Source: an uncultured Nitrospiraceae bacterium
GTDB taxonomy: Bacteria > Nitrospirota > Thermodesulfovibrionia > Thermodesulfovibrionales > SM23-35
Direction of reading: 5' to 3'
NCBI GenBank assembly: GCA_963727775.1
Contig: CAVSHB010000001.1
Location: forward strand, 928,001-992,000
Length of the DNA stretch: 64,000 bases
The notes beneath the pieces were generated by a model. It did no database searches. It was not told where the DNA came from and saw nothing but the letters and a program-made list of their open reading frames with translations. The position numbers and the translations under genes were made by a program. How positions within the stretch are numbered: position 1 is the stretch's first letter; each line of letters starts with the position of its first letter. This document shows positions 1 to 12,074 of this stretch, one piece after another.

Positions 1-207
1 GAAGAGATGAAACGGAGTATTCGCCTGAAACATTATTCTTTAAGCACTGAAAGAAGTTATCTCGACTGGGCAAAGCGGTTTTTCGGATATGTTCGTGATA
101 CAAAGGGTAATGAAAGCCTGTTTTCTTCCGATGATATCAAACAGTATCTCAGTCATCTCGCCATCAAACGCCGGGTTTCAGCCTCAACCCAGAACCAGGC
201 ATTGTTG

Positions 208-641
208 TTAGCTATAAGCAATTAGCGTTAAGCAATAAGCCAAATATTATCAAGCAAGGGGAATCGAATGAAAGACTTTAGGGATCTCAAAGTGTGGGAG
301 CGTGGGCACAAGTTGACTTTAGAGATATACAAAGTTACGTCAGGTTTCCCTCGCGAGGAAATGTATGGATTGACGAGTCAAATACGTCGTTCCTGTGCTT
401 CAATACCAACAAATATATCTGAAGGATGTGGCAGGAGCAGGGATACAGAGCTTGCCCGTTTTATTGAGATTGCTATAGGTTCGGCAAGCGAGCTTGAGTA
501 CCTGATTCAACTGAGTCGTGATCTCGCATTAATAAATGAAGCGGAGTTCAAGTTGTTGATAGCAGAAACAGTCGAACTGAAGAAGATGCTAATATCATTT
601 TTTCAAAAGCTAAAAGCCAATTGCTAAAAGCTAAGCGCTTA
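208..641. mobile_element. Four-helix-bundle element bounded by inverted arrays of five heptamers
   Basis: Left 208-242: ttagcta taagcaa ttagcgt taagcaa taagcca. Right 607-641: aagctaa aagccaa ttgctaa aagctaa gcgctta, the reverse-complement motif. Confidence 0.65.
268..627 (+). CDS. Four-helix-bundle protein (23S rRNA IVS protein / bAvd-like family)
   Basis: MKDFRDLKVW..FPREEMYGLTSQIRR..SIPTNISEGCGR..GSASELEY is the family signature. It has its own RBS (AAGGGG). Confidence 0.9.
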   Translation: MKDFRDLKVWERGHKLTLEIYKVTSGFPREEMYGLTSQIRRSCASIPTNISEGCGRSRDTELARFIEIAIGSASELEYLIQLSRDLALINEAEFKLLIAETVELKKMLISFFQKLKANC

Positions 642-942
642 GGAGTGGGGCTGGCAATATGCCTTTCCGTCCGCACGGTTATCTGTTGACCCCCGCAGCG
701 GGAAGATCAGGCGCCACCATATCAGTGAAACTGCAATCCAATCCGCCATCTCAAGAGCTATTAAGAAGGCTGGTATCGTGAAGCATGCCACGGTCCATAC
801 GCTACGCCACAGCTTTGCAACACATCTGCTGATGAGCGGGGTGAATATTCGGGAGATGCAAGACATGCTCGGACACAAAAACGTGGAGACTACGATGATC
901 TATACCCACGTAATGCGCGATATGAAGAATGCGCCTGCAAGT

Positions 943-1002
943 CCGCTGGACTCGCTTTATCTTTAGTAGGCGCTGTGTTACTTTACTTTCGGCACAGCAA
1001 AG
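943..1002. repeat. Direct repeat copy 1 (intI 3' end plus degenerate lepA 3' end)
   Basis: 49/60 identity by hand count with 1869-1928; the first 20 nt are identical. Confidence 0.85.
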
Positions 1003-1067
1003 TATTTTGAGTTCGGATTTTGGATGAAGAATTCAACAATGCACCTGAAAGAATGGAGAGATATGCT

Positions 1068-1415
1068 CTATACCAATATCTTATTCTTTCTGCAGACAAT
1101 AATCCCTTCTTTCTTAATAATCCCGCCGACAAAGTCTAATTTATTTTTTGAAGAGTATTCCTCTACAGGATAACCTATAGGCTGGATATCGGCTTTTATT
1201 CCCCACAAATATTTCTGCAGCATCACCTGTGCAGTATAGTGCGATTTATTATTAAATTTATGAGAAAAAACTGCGATGTCAATATCACTGTGAGGCCGAG
1301 CTTGCCCTTTTGCCTGTGAGCCGTATAATATCGCTAAATCAACAGGGATATCTCTTTGAACTTTGATAAGATAGTCTCTTAAGACTTTCTTTACTTCTTT
1401 TTTGATTTGAGCCAT
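1068..1415 (-). CDS. Minimal nucleotidyltransferase (MNT) antitoxin
   Basis: LYGSQAKG..HSDIDIAV (GSx10DxD); overlaps the HEPN gene. Confidence 0.85.
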   Translation of the reverse strand: MAQIKKEVKKVLRDYLIKVQRDIPVDLAILYGSQAKGQARPHSDIDIAVFSHKFNNKSHYTAQVMLQKYLWGIKADIQPIGYPVEEYSSKNKLDFVGGIIKKEGIIVCRKNKILV

Positions 1416-1780
1416 TTATATGCACTCCTTGTCTTTTCCAATAAAACGTATGCTTTCTTTTTGTTTATAGCTTTCCCTAATTTTTCTTTCATTTCAGGAT
1501 ACCGGGCCTCTATGTTAAGAGGATTTAATTTAATAAAAAAATCCTGATATTTTTCCGTAAAAACAAGATTCAAATCTGCACATAGAGTTAAAAGATTATG
1601 TGTATATGGAGGAATCCTGTTATGCTGTTTCACATACAAGCCTTTTAATGCCTTTTCAATTACCTGATGACACATAAAGCCAACGTAAAGGTATCGTCCA
1701 CCATCAAGCATTACTTGAGCGGTTTTCAAATCATAATCCGCCATATTAAACCAGTAATTGATAGCTTTTTCTTTATTCAC
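1391..1780 (-). CDS. HEPN domain protein (HEPN-MNT module)
   Basis: A..DL..A...GFMCHQVIEKALK..PPYTHNL..EARYP. Confidence 0.85.
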   Translation of the reverse strand: MNKEKAINYWFNMADYDLKTAQVMLDGGRYLYVGFMCHQVIEKALKGLYVKQHNRIPPYTHNLLTLCADLNLVFTEKYQDFFIKLNPLNIEARYPEMKEKLGKAINKKKAYVLLEKTRSAYKWLKSKKK

Positions 1781-1868
1781 AGCTGTGTAATAGTAATTTT
1801 ACTGATATCAGATTGAAAAATAAAGATAAATACTACCGAGAGAAAATGAGTTCTATAGAACAGGAAAA

Positions 1869-1928
1869 CCGCTGGACTCGCTTTATCTATAGAAGGCGAT
1901 GCATCACTTTACCTTCAGCACCGCCAGG
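1869..1928. repeat. Direct repeat copy 2 (copy of intI 3' end plus functional lepA 3' end)
   Basis: ccgctggactcgctttatct... matches 943-1002. Confidence 0.85.
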
Positions 1929-3718
1929 AACGCCTCCTGCGGCAGTTCGATCTTTCCGAACTGCTTCATCCTTTTCTTTCCCTCTTTCTGTTTTTCAAGG
2001 AGTTTTCTCTTACGGGTTATATCACCGCCGTAGCATTTTGCGAGGACATCTTTCCTGAGGGCTTTAACGCTCTCTCTTGCGATGATCTTGTTGCCGATCG
2101 CGGCCTGTATGGCGACTTCGTACATCTGCCTCGGGATGATCGCTCTCAGCTTTTCAGCCAGTTCACGGCCTTTATAATAGGCCTTGTCCTTATGGACTAT
2201 TAAAGACAGGGCGTCAACGACCTCGCCGTTGAGAAGTATATTAAGTTTGACGAGGTCCGATTCCCTGTAGCCGATGAATTCATAGTCCATGGATGCATAA
2301 CCCTTGGACAAAGACTTCAACCTGTCGTAGAAGTCCCATAATATTTCATTCAAGGGCAGTTCGTAATCAACCTTAATCCTGTCTTTCCCGATATAGGAAA
2401 AATTTTTCTGTGTGCCCCTTTTTTCCTGGCACAGGTCGAGTATCGGTCCTATAAAATCGGCAGGCACAAATATAGTCGCAATCACAAAGGGCTCTTCTAT
2501 GTTCTCATAAGCTTCGGGCAGCAGAGAAGGGTTTTCTATATGGATGATTTCTCCGTCTGTTTTCGTTACCCTGTAAACGACGGTGGGCGCGGTGCTCAGG
2601 AGCGCGAGGTCAAATTCACGCTCAAGCCTTTCTTTAACAATCTCCATATGGAGCAAGCCGAGAAAGCCGCATCTGAACCCGAACCCGAGTGCCAAAGAGG
2701 TCTCCGGCTCATAGACGAAGGAGGCGTCATTCAATCTCAATTTATTGAGCGCGTCCCTGAGATTTTCATACTGGTGTGCCTGTGTCGGATAGAAGCCGCA
2801 GAATACCATGGGTTTGATGTCCTTATATCCGGGGCACGGCTCGGTTGCGGGGTTATCGGCGTCGGTCAAGGTATCGCCTATTTTGGTGTCGGTGACATTC
2901 TTGATGCCCGCAATGATAAAGCCGACTTCTCCCGAGGCAAGCTCTTTTGCCGGTTCGATCTTGGGAGAGAATATGCCGACCTGTGATACCTCAAGGACAT
3001 TATCCGTGGCCATGAGCTTGACCTTTTCCCCCGCCGATATCTTCCCGTCGAATATCCTGACAAGGACGATAACGCCCTGATAATTATCAAACCATGAATC
3101 GAATATCAGCGCCTTCAGTGGGTTGCCGTCGTCGCCTTTTGGAGCGGGTATCTTTTTTACGATGGCTTCAAGTATCTCTCTGGTGCCTATCCCTTCTTTC
3201 GCGCTTGCCAATATCGCGTTGGAACAATCGATGCCGATTGCGTCTTCTATCTGCTCCTTTGTCTTCTCCGGGTCGGCACTCGGCAGGTCTATCTTGTTGA
3301 TGACCGGTATTATCTCCAGATTATTCTCTATCGCAAGATACGCGTTTGCCAAAGTCTGGGCCTCAACTCCCTGTGAAGCGTCAACGACAAGCAGGGCTCC
3401 TTCACATGAGGCAAGGCTCCTTGAGACCTCATATGAGAAGTCGACATGTCCGGGGGTGTCTATGAGATTAAGGATATAATCCAGGCCGTCGTCAGCTTTA
3501 TATATCAGCCTTACCGCGTGCGCCTTTATGGTGATGCCCCTTTCCCGCTCGAGGTCCATCGAATCCAGGACCTGCTCCATCATCTCCCTTGAACTGAGGG
3601 CGCCCGTGTATTCAAGGAGCCTGTCCGCGAGCGTGGACTTCCCGTGGTCTATATGGGCTATGATGGAAAAATTCCGGATTCTTTTGGGTGTATTCATCTG
3701 GGCTTTATATTTTATCAT
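1904..3718 (-). CDS. lepA: Elongation factor 4 (LepA)
   Basis: [53 protein letters not shown]. The start may be the ATG at 3697. Confidence 0.98.
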   Translation of the reverse strand: MIKYKAQMNTPKRIRNFSIIAHIDHGKSTLADRLLEYTGALSSREMMEQVLDSMDLERERGITIKAHAVRLIYKADDGLDYILNLIDTPGHVDFSYEVSRSLASCEGALLVVDASQGVEAQTLANAYLAIENNLEIIPVINKIDLPSADPEKTKEQIEDAIGIDCSNAILASAKEGIGTREILEAIVKKIPAPKGDDGNPLKALIFDSWFDNYQGVIVLVRIFDGKISAGEKVKLMATDNVLEVSQVGIFSPKIEPAKELASGEVGFIIAGIKNVTDTKIGDTLTDADNPATEPCPGYKDIKPMVFCGFYPTQAHQYENLRDALNKLRLNDASFVYEPETSLALGFGFRCGFLGLLHMEIVKERLEREFDLALLSTAPTVVYRVTKTDGEIIHIENPSLLPEAYENIEEPFVIATIFVPADFIGPILDLCQEKRGTQKNFSYIGKDRIKVDYELPLNEILWDFYDRLKSLSKGYASMDYEFIGYRESDLVKLNILLNGEVVDALSLIVHKDKAYYKGRELAEKLRAIIPRQMYEVAIQAAIGNKIIARESVKALRKDVLAKCYGGDITRKRKLLEKQKEGKKRMKQFGKIELPQEAFLAVLKVK

Positions 3719-3814
3719 AAAAAAAATATAAGTGTTTTGGAGCTGTTTCGGCCCTATCCTGCGATTGCTTTAAATGAGATTAAATGTTACACTTTAACGA
3801 AAATTTAGGTGTAA

Positions 3815-5278
<1,464 letters not shown>

Positions 5279-5334
5279 TAAGCAGGAAGCAGTAGACAGT
5301 AAACAGCCATTCATCAAATCAGCGATATGAGATT

Positions 5335-6873
5335 ATGCACGAAGAAAAAATATTAGTCCTTGATTTCGGATCGCAGTACACCCAGCTCATAGCAAGGCGT
5401 ATTAGAGAGAGCAGGGTATATTCAGAGATATTCCCCTTTAATGCCTCTATTGAAAAGATAAGGGATTTCAGTCCAAAAGGGATAGTCCTTTCGGGTGGTC
5501 CTTCAAGTGTTTATGGCGCTGCTGCACCGATCCCTGACCTCGCAATATTTAAGCTCGGCATCCCGGTTTTGGGCATCTGTTACGGCATGCAGCTCATGGC
5601 GCATTGTCTCGGCGGCAGGGTCGCAAAAGCGCAGCAAAGGGAATACGGCAAGGCGGAATTAATAATCGATCGCCGGGACGATATATTCGCCGGGATACCG
5701 AAGAAGACCGTTGTCTGGATGAGCCACGGAGACAGGATTGAAAAGTATCCTTCCAGTTTTACTTCTATAGCGCACACAACAAACTCGCCGGTGGCAGCGA
5801 TGGCAAGCACAAAGGACAGATTTTGCGCGCTGCAATTTCATCCGGAGGTTGTTCACACCCCGATGGGTTTTAAAATCTTGAGGAACTTTTTATTCAAGGT
5901 GTGCGGATGCAGACCCGTCTGGACCATGAAATCTTTTATTGATACGACCACCAAAGAAATAATAGAGCGTGTGGGAAGCAAGAAGGTTGTCTGCGGGATA
6001 AGCGGCGGGGTTGATTCTACGGTCGCGGCGGTGCTGGTCCACAGGGCCCTCGGGAAACAGCTCACCTGCATTTTTGTCGACAATGGAGTACTGAGAGAAG
6101 GAGAGGCAAAAAAGGTCGAAATTACTCTCAGGAAGCACTTCCATATGAAAATAGACTGTGTCGATGCTTCGGAGAGGTTCCAGAAAAAATTGAAAGGCGT
6201 CATAGACCCTGAGAAGAAGAGGAAGATAATCGGAAATGAATTCATAAGAGTTTTTGAAGAGGAAGCAAAAAAAATAAAGGGCGTTGAATTCCTGGCGCAG
6301 GGCACTTTATATCCCGACGTCATTGAGAGTGTATCGTTTAAGGGGCCGTCTGCAACTATTAAGAGCCACCATAATGTGGGAGGCCTTCTGAAAAGGATGA
6401 AATTAAAACTTGTAGAGCCTTTGAGAGAATTGTTCAAGGACGAAGTCCGGGTCCTCGGTAAAGACCTCGATATCCCTGAAGAGATAATAAACCGCCAGCC
6501 GTTTCCCGGGCCCGGCCTTGCGATCAGGATAATAGGTGAGGTGACTGCGGACAGGTGCGATATATTGAGAAAAGCGGATATTATCGTGCTGGATGAGATA
6601 AGGAACGCGGGGCTTTACACGAAGCTGTGGCAGTCCTTTGCGGTGCTTTTGCCTGTTAAGAGTGTAGGGGTAATGGGCGATGAAAGGACATACGAAAATG
6701 TTATAGCTGTAAGGGCGGTAAACAGCCTTGACGGTATGACTGCGGATTGGGCGAGGATCCCATACGATGTCCTCGGTTCCATATCCAACAGGATAATAAA
6801 TGAAGTCAAAGGCGTGAACAGAGTGGTCTATGACATAAGTTCAAAACCGCCAAGTACCATAGAGTGGGAGTGA
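5335..6873 (+). CDS. guaA: GMP synthase (glutamine-hydrolysing)
   Basis: [36 protein letters not shown]. Confidence 0.98.
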   Translation: MHEEKILVLDFGSQYTQLIARRIRESRVYSEIFPFNASIEKIRDFSPKGIVLSGGPSSVYGAAAPIPDLAIFKLGIPVLGICYGMQLMAHCLGGRVAKAQQREYGKAELIIDRRDDIFAGIPKKTVVWMSHGDRIEKYPSSFTSIAHTTNSPVAAMASTKDRFCALQFHPEVVHTPMGFKILRNFLFKVCGCRPVWTMKSFIDTTTKEIIERVGSKKVVCGISGGVDSTVAAVLVHRALGKQLTCIFVDNGVLREGEAKKVEITLRKHFHMKIDCVDASERFQKKLKGVIDPEKKRKIIGNEFIRVFEEEAKKIKGVEFLAQGTLYPDVIESVSFKGPSATIKSHHNVGGLLKRMKLKLVEPLRELFKDEVRVLGKDLDIPEEIINRQPFPGPGLAIRIIGEVTADRCDILRKADIIVLDEIRNAGLYTKLWQSFAVLLPVKSVGVMGDERTYENVIAVRAVNSLDGMTADWARIPYDVLGSISNRIINEVKGVNRVVYDISSKPPSTIEWE

Positions 6874-6927
6874 AAGATAATTTTTTCAGGATGTCTTGAT
6901 AGGTAAATATATCGGTTACAATAATCC

Positions 6928-7320
6928 ATGACTAAACAAGAAAAAGTTAGTTATTGGATACAATCAGCAGAGAATGACTGGGTGGTTGTAGGCCATCTTT
7001 TTGAAAAAAGAGATTATCCTTATGCTCTGTTTTTCGGACATTTGACTATTGAGAAGCTTCTAAAAGCGATTTTTGTCGGCAAATTCGACGAACCTCCGCC
7101 GTATACTCACAGGCTTACCTATCTGGCTGAAAAGACAGGATTAGAAATATCTCCTGAAAGGCTGGAAATTCTGGAAATAATCACTGACTTTAATCTTGAA
7201 GCCAGATATCCGGATGAAAAATTTTCATTTCATAAAAAGTGCACGAGGGAATTTACCGAAGCAAATTTAAGGAAGATTGAGGAAATAAGAAAATGGCTGT
7301 TAAAACTGATTCGGCAATAA
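6928..7320 (+). CDS. HEPN domain protein
   Basis: ALFFGHLTIEKLLKA..PPYTHRL..EARYP; paralogous to 1391-1780. Confidence 0.85.
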   Translation: MTKQEKVSYWIQSAENDWVVVGHLFEKRDYPYALFFGHLTIEKLLKAIFVGKFDEPPPYTHRLTYLAEKTGLEISPERLEILEIITDFNLEARYPDEKFSFHKKCTREFTEANLRKIEEIRKWLLKLIRQ

Positions 7321-7613
7321 AACTGATTCGAAGATATATAAAAGAACTTAAAAAAAATAACATACCAATTCAAAAGGCATTTATTTTCGGCTCTTATGCT
7401 AAGGGAAGCCCTAACGAAGAAAGCGACATCGATATTGCATTGGTTTCAACGGCATTTACAGGAGACAGGTTTGAAGACAGAAGAAAGATAGTTCCTTTTA
7501 GAAGGAAGATTGACAGCAGAATTGAGCCGATGCCATTCAGGCCGGAGGATTTCCAAAAAGGCGGAGTACTTATTGATGAGATTAAAAAAACAGGCAAGGA
7601 AATAAACGTATGA
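7293..7613 (+). CDS. MNT nucleotidyltransferase antitoxin
   Basis: FGSYAKG..ESDIDIALVS. Confidence 0.85.
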   Translation: MAVKTDSAIKLIRRYIKELKKNNIPIQKAFIFGSYAKGSPNEESDIDIALVSTAFTGDRFEDRRKIVPFRRKIDSRIEPMPFRPEDFQKGGVLIDEIKKTGKEINV

Positions 7614-7635
7614 GCTATTATAGTAAAGAAAATTT

Positions 7636-8526
7636 ATGGATATAAAAGTTTATCTTAAGGAAAAACGGGAAGTTATTGATTCATATCTGATATCGTATTT
7701 TGAGAATCCGTCCTCACCCCTGGTCCTTCACGAGGCGATAAAATATTCGCTTATGGCCGGCGGCAAAAGGATAAGACCTATTCTTGCTTTGGCCTCATAC
7801 GAGGCGTGCGGCAAAGATAGTAAAGAGATCATTCCGCAGGCTGCGGCCCTGGAACTTATACATACCTACTCACTTATACATGACGATCTGCCTGCGATGG
7901 ACAACGACGATTTGAGGCGCGGCAAACCTACGAACCATAAGGTGTTCGGTGAGGCAATGGCCATACTCGCAGGAGACGCGCTGCTTACCGAGGCATTTTT
8001 GATGATTACGAACACAATGTCTGACGACAAGCCGATCAAATCGTCGGCCTTAACCAGGGTTGTCAGGGAGGTGGCTATTTCAGCCGGCGCATATGGCATG
8101 GTCGGAGGTCAGGCCCAGGACATTCTTTCCGAGGATTCGGAACCCGACAGGGACATCCTGAATTTTATACACCTCCATAAGACCGCGGCGCTTATAACGG
8201 CGTCCGTCAGAATAGGGCCGCTCATAGCGAACAGCGGGAAGAAAGCATTGCGTGCCTTAACAATATATGGAGAGAATATAGGACTTGCCTTTCAGATCGT
8301 TGATGATATACTTGATGTCGAGGGCACTACCGAGGAACTCGGCAAGTCGGCCGGCTCCGACAGCAGGAAAAAGAAGATGACGTATCCGTCTTTGTTCGGG
8401 GTGGAAGGGGCAAGGCAAAAGGCGAACGGTTTGATAGCATCGGCAATAGATGCACTTAAAATATTTTCTTCAGAGGCAGACCCGCTAAGAGAGATCGCCG
8501 GATATCTTATTAAAAGGAGAGCCTGA
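7636..8526 (+). CDS. ispA: Farnesyl diphosphate synthase / polyprenyl synthase
   Basis: GGKRIRP, LIHDDLPAMDNDDLRRG, FQIVDDILD. Confidence 0.93.
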   Translation: MDIKVYLKEKREVIDSYLISYFENPSSPLVLHEAIKYSLMAGGKRIRPILALASYEACGKDSKEIIPQAAALELIHTYSLIHDDLPAMDNDDLRRGKPTNHKVFGEAMAILAGDALLTEAFLMITNTMSDDKPIKSSALTRVVREVAISAGAYGMVGGQAQDILSEDSEPDRDILNFIHLHKTAALITASVRIGPLIANSGKKALRALTIYGENIGLAFQIVDDILDVEGTTEELGKSAGSDSRKKKMTYPSLFGVEGARQKANGLIASAIDALKIFSSEADPLREIAGYLIKRRA

Positions 8527-10442
8527 TGGACCTGGCGCATATTAAATCGCCGGAGGACCTGAAAAAGCTCTCTGCAAGGGAATTAAGAAAACTCGCCAAA
8601 GAGCTTAAGAGCACGATAATCGAGCGGGTCTCCAAGAACGGAGGCCATCTGGCGTCCAACCTCGGTGTAATAGAACTGACTATCGCCCTCCATTATGTAT
8701 TTAATTCGCCTGTAGACAAAATTATCTGGGACGTCGGTCATCAGTCATATTCACACAAACTCCTCACCGGCAGGTATGAAAAATTTGAGACTATCAGAAA
8801 ATTCGAAGGCATCTCCGGATTTCCCAAAAGAGACGAAAGCGAATATGATGCCTTCGGCACAGGCCACAGTTCTACATCGATATCGGCGGCCCTCGGAATC
8901 GCGGCAGGAAGAGACAGGAACAAAAAAGACTTCAAAGTTATAGCGGTCATAGGTGACGGGGCTTTGACGGGCGGACTTGCGTTCGAGGGATTAAACAACG
9001 CGGGACATCTCAAGAAGGACCTCATTGTAATCCTGAATGATAATGAGATGTCGATATCACGCAATGTAGGCGCTTTACCTGCGTATCTGAACAGAATAAT
9101 GACCGGGGAACTTTATCAGAGGTTCAAGAAAGACACAAAGGCCTTTCTTGAAGGGATCCCGAAACTTGGAGGGACAGCCGCGAAGATGGCCCAGAAGACG
9201 GAAGAAATGCTGAAAAGGCTTTTCCTTCCGGGAATGCTCTTTGAGGAGCTCGGATTTAATTATGTCGGTCCCTTGGACGGTCATGACATCGAACTCCTGA
9301 TAGGTACATTAAAAAGGATCAAGGGCGAATCTTCTCCCATGCTTGTGCACGTTATAACGAAGAAGGGAAAGGGATATGAATTTTCAGAGAAGGACCCTTC
9401 TCTCTTCCACGGGGTCGGACCGTTTGAACCCGAAACCGGTTCACCGTTAAGCGCAGGCCGGCGGACATATAGCGAAGTATTCGGAGACGTGCTGATTGAA
9501 CTGGCTGACAGAGACGACAGGATAGTTGCTATATCAGCCGCTATGAAAGAAGGCACAGGCCTCGACGGATTTGCAGGGAAATATCCCGGCAGGTTCTACG
9601 ATGTCGGTATTGCAGAACCCCATGCCGTGACTTTCGCGGCGGGATTGGCAACACAGGGCTTAAGACCCGTTGTCGCAATTTATTCTACGTTTCTTCAGAG
9701 GGCATATGATGAAATAATACACGATGTCTGCCTTCAGAACCTTCCGGTCATATTCGCTATCGACAGGGCGGGCATAGTCGGAGAAGACGGCCCGACCCAT
9801 AACGGGTTGTTTGACATATCCTTTCTGAGGCACATCCCGAATCTTGTTGTTATGGAGCCGAAGGATGACAGAGAATTAAGGGCCATGTTTGAGCTTGCAT
9901 TGGCGCAAAACGGTCCTGTTGCAATAAGGTATCCGAGAGGGAGAGTACAATCCATTGCCGATACCTACCCTGAGGTCGCTAAAGGCCTGTCTTCACCTTT
10001 TAAGACCGGAGAGGCGGAGGTCCTTAAAGACGGCAAAGATGTGGCTTTAATAGCCTTGGGCCATACCGTTTCCGAATCGTTATCCGCAGCCGTGAGACTC
10101 GAAAAAGAGGGCATTTCCGCGATGGTCATAAATGCGAGGTTTATTAAACCCATAGACCGTGATCTTATAACGTCCGTGGCCTCGCTCGTCCCTTTAATAA
10201 TCACTGTGGAAGAGAATGTGCTTCAAGGCGGGTTCGGAAGCTCTGTGATTGAATTCCTGAATGAGACAGAAGTCCCTCACGCAAGGGTCAGACGCATAGG
10301 TATTCAGGATATGTTTATCGAACAGGGACAGCAGAAGGAATTGAGAAAAAAATATGGTCTTGATGCTGAGGGAATATATCTGTTTGTCCTGTCTATTCTT
10401 AAAAGAGACAACCTGCAGCTGTTGAAGGCACATACCTTTTGA
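8526..10442 (+). CDS. dxs: 1-deoxy-D-xylulose-5-phosphate synthase
   Basis: GGHLASNLG, WDVGHQ, GDGALTGG..NDNEMSIS, DRAGIVGEDGPTH. Confidence 0.97.
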   Translation: MDLAHIKSPEDLKKLSARELRKLAKELKSTIIERVSKNGGHLASNLGVIELTIALHYVFNSPVDKIIWDVGHQSYSHKLLTGRYEKFETIRKFEGISGFPKRDESEYDAFGTGHSSTSISAALGIAAGRDRNKKDFKVIAVIGDGALTGGLAFEGLNNAGHLKKDLIVILNDNEMSISRNVGALPAYLNRIMTGELYQRFKKDTKAFLEGIPKLGGTAAKMAQKTEEMLKRLFLPGMLFEELGFNYVGPLDGHDIELLIGTLKRIKGESSPMLVHVITKKGKGYEFSEKDPSLFHGVGPFEPETGSPLSAGRRTYSEVFGDVLIELADRDDRIVAISAAMKEGTGLDGFAGKYPGRFYDVGIAEPHAVTFAAGLATQGLRPVVAIYSTFLQRAYDEIIHDVCLQNLPVIFAIDRAGIVGEDGPTHNGLFDISFLRHIPNLVVMEPKDDRELRAMFELALAQNGPVAIRYPRGRVQSIADTYPEVAKGLSSPFKTGEAEVLKDGKDVALIALGHTVSESLSAAVRLEKEGISAMVINARFIKPIDRDLITSVASLVPLIITVEENVLQGGFGSSVIEFLNETEVPHARVRRIGIQDMFIEQGQQKELRKKYGLDAEGIYLFVLSILKRDNLQLLKAHTF

Positions 10443-11260
10443 AGGACAGATTAGACAAAATTCTTGTTCTGAAAGGTCTTGTAAAGAGCAGAGAGACGGC
10501 AAGGGCTTTTATCATGGAAGGCAAGGTCCTTGTTGATAACCATAAATTAACAAAGGCAGGCAGTCTTGTCGATGAAACTTCAGATATAGTTCTTAAGGAC
10601 GCAGAACCGCCATATGTAAGCAGGGGAGGTCTGAAACTTGAAGCCGCGCTGGATTATTTTCATATCGGAGCAGAAGATAAAATTGTTATGGATGTCGGTT
10701 CTTCAACAGGCGGTTTTACGGACTGTTTATTGAAAAGAGGAGCAAAAAAAATATACGCTGTCGATGTAGGTTATGGACAGCTTGCCTGGTCTTTGAGAAA
10801 TGATCCGAGAGTCGTACTTATGGAGAGGACGAATATAAGGTATCTCGAGCAGCTGGTCCTGGAAAAGGCTGCACCGGCCACAAAGGAGATATCGAGATTC
10901 AGGGGGCGTGAGTTCGAAGACCTTGTAAAAGGAAATATCGACATGGCTTCGATAGACGTTTCGTTTATCTCTCTGACAAAGGTCGTACCCACAGTGATGA
11001 AGTTTCTTAAAGCAGAGGGCGAAGTTGTCGCATTGGTCAAGCCGCAGTTTGAGGTCGGCAAAGGCGAGGTGGGCAAGGGCGGAATTGTAAGAGAAGAAGA
11101 AAAAAGGGTGCAGGCTGTAAAAGCGGTGAGGGAAGATCTGGAAAAAAACGGCCTCAGCACTATCGGTATTTTTCAATCCCCTGTCGTGGGACAAAAAGGG
11201 AATGTGGAATATTTTTTGTATATGAAGAAGGTCGCCCCTTGGAAGATGAAAGATATTTAA
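10439..11260 (+). CDS. tlyA: TlyA family rRNA methyltransferase
   Basis: S4 domain, YVSRGGLKL, DVGSSTGGFTD, DVSFISL, VKPQFE. Confidence 0.93.
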   Translation: MKDRLDKILVLKGLVKSRETARAFIMEGKVLVDNHKLTKAGSLVDETSDIVLKDAEPPYVSRGGLKLEAALDYFHIGAEDKIVMDVGSSTGGFTDCLLKRGAKKIYAVDVGYGQLAWSLRNDPRVVLMERTNIRYLEQLVLEKAAPATKEISRFRGREFEDLVKGNIDMASIDVSFISLTKVVPTVMKFLKAEGEVVALVKPQFEVGKGEVGKGGIVREEEKRVQAVKAVREDLEKNGLSTIGIFQSPVVGQKGNVEYFLYMKKVAPWKMKDI

Positions 11261-11916
11261 TAGGAATTGATTTAGCGACCGCATCACAATTGGTCATAGA
11301 ACTGCTTATTGAAGACGCTTCGGACTCGTCGGTATTTCAGGAGATTGCCAAGGCGAATATAAACAGGCCCGATGTCCTGAAGCTTCTTCTCGAATATCCT
11401 GACACGCCTGATGAGGTCAGAAGTCAGATTACAGTCTCCCTGAATGTTCCGGCAAAACCGAAATCGGAAATCCTCAGGACACACAAGACACCCGAGGAGC
11501 GCGCCTTGACTATCCTCCAGAGGATACAGAGATTAAGCGTTTCCGAGAAGATTCAGCTTGCACTCAGGGGAGGGAAGGAAATAAGGAATATTCTCCTGCG
11601 TGACCCGAATAAGGAAGTATCGCTTACTGTTTTGCAAAACCCCAAAATCACCGAAACGGAAATAGAGCTGGTCGCCAAATCCCGGTCGATAAGCGAAGAG
11701 GCGCTGAGGAGGATAACAAAGAAGAGGGAATGGATGAAGAATTACAATGTGGTTTATGCCCTTGTGACGAACCCTAAGACTCCTCCGGGAATCGCCCTTA
11801 CCCTTGTCGGCGAAATAAAAACAAAGGACCTTGGAGTACTTGAGAAAAACAAAAACGTGACAGAGGGGATCCGCGCCACTGCAAAGAAGCTTCTTCGGGC
11901 AAGAAAAGCACATTAA
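11239..11916 (+). CDS. Conserved hypothetical helical-repeat protein
   Basis: 225 aa ORF in operon; EKIQLALRG.KE.R.IL.RDPNK..NPKTP pattern. Confidence 0.7.
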   Translation: MEDERYLIGIDLATASQLVIELLIEDASDSSVFQEIAKANINRPDVLKLLLEYPDTPDEVRSQITVSLNVPAKPKSEILRTHKTPEERALTILQRIQRLSVSEKIQLALRGGKEIRNILLRDPNKEVSLTVLQNPKITETEIELVAKSRSISEEALRRITKKREWMKNYNVVYALVTNPKTPPGIALTLVGEIKTKDLGVLEKNKNVTEGIRATAKKLLRARKAH

Positions 11917-12074
11917 GAGAAACTGTCTGAACCCTCTTGCAAATTTTTTTTAAATACCGTTAAATAAAAATTTGACTGTTGCGTCTGAATACGATTTCAA
12001 TATAGGATTTCCGGGAGCTCAATTCAGGGTTCGATATGATCCTGTAATTAAAAGAATAAGTTTTTGAGGTAATA

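Larger units (their letters stand above)
7..966 (+). pseudogene. intI: Integron integrase (IntI-type tyrosine recombinase), interrupted, central part missing
   Basis: The N part (7-207) reads HYSLSTERSY...RVSASTQNQA. The C part (643-966) reads [53 protein letters not shown], including the IntI-specific insertion region. Box I (LYGxGLR) is absent. The true start may lie before the window. Confidence 0.9.

Noticed and set aside
208..242. CRISPR array
   Set aside because: These are 7-nt tandem units with no spacers; no cas genes are present.
268..627. Avd of a diversity-generating retroelement
   Set aside because: There is no adjacent RT and no TR/VR pair; the only RT-related sequence is a distant intron fragment.
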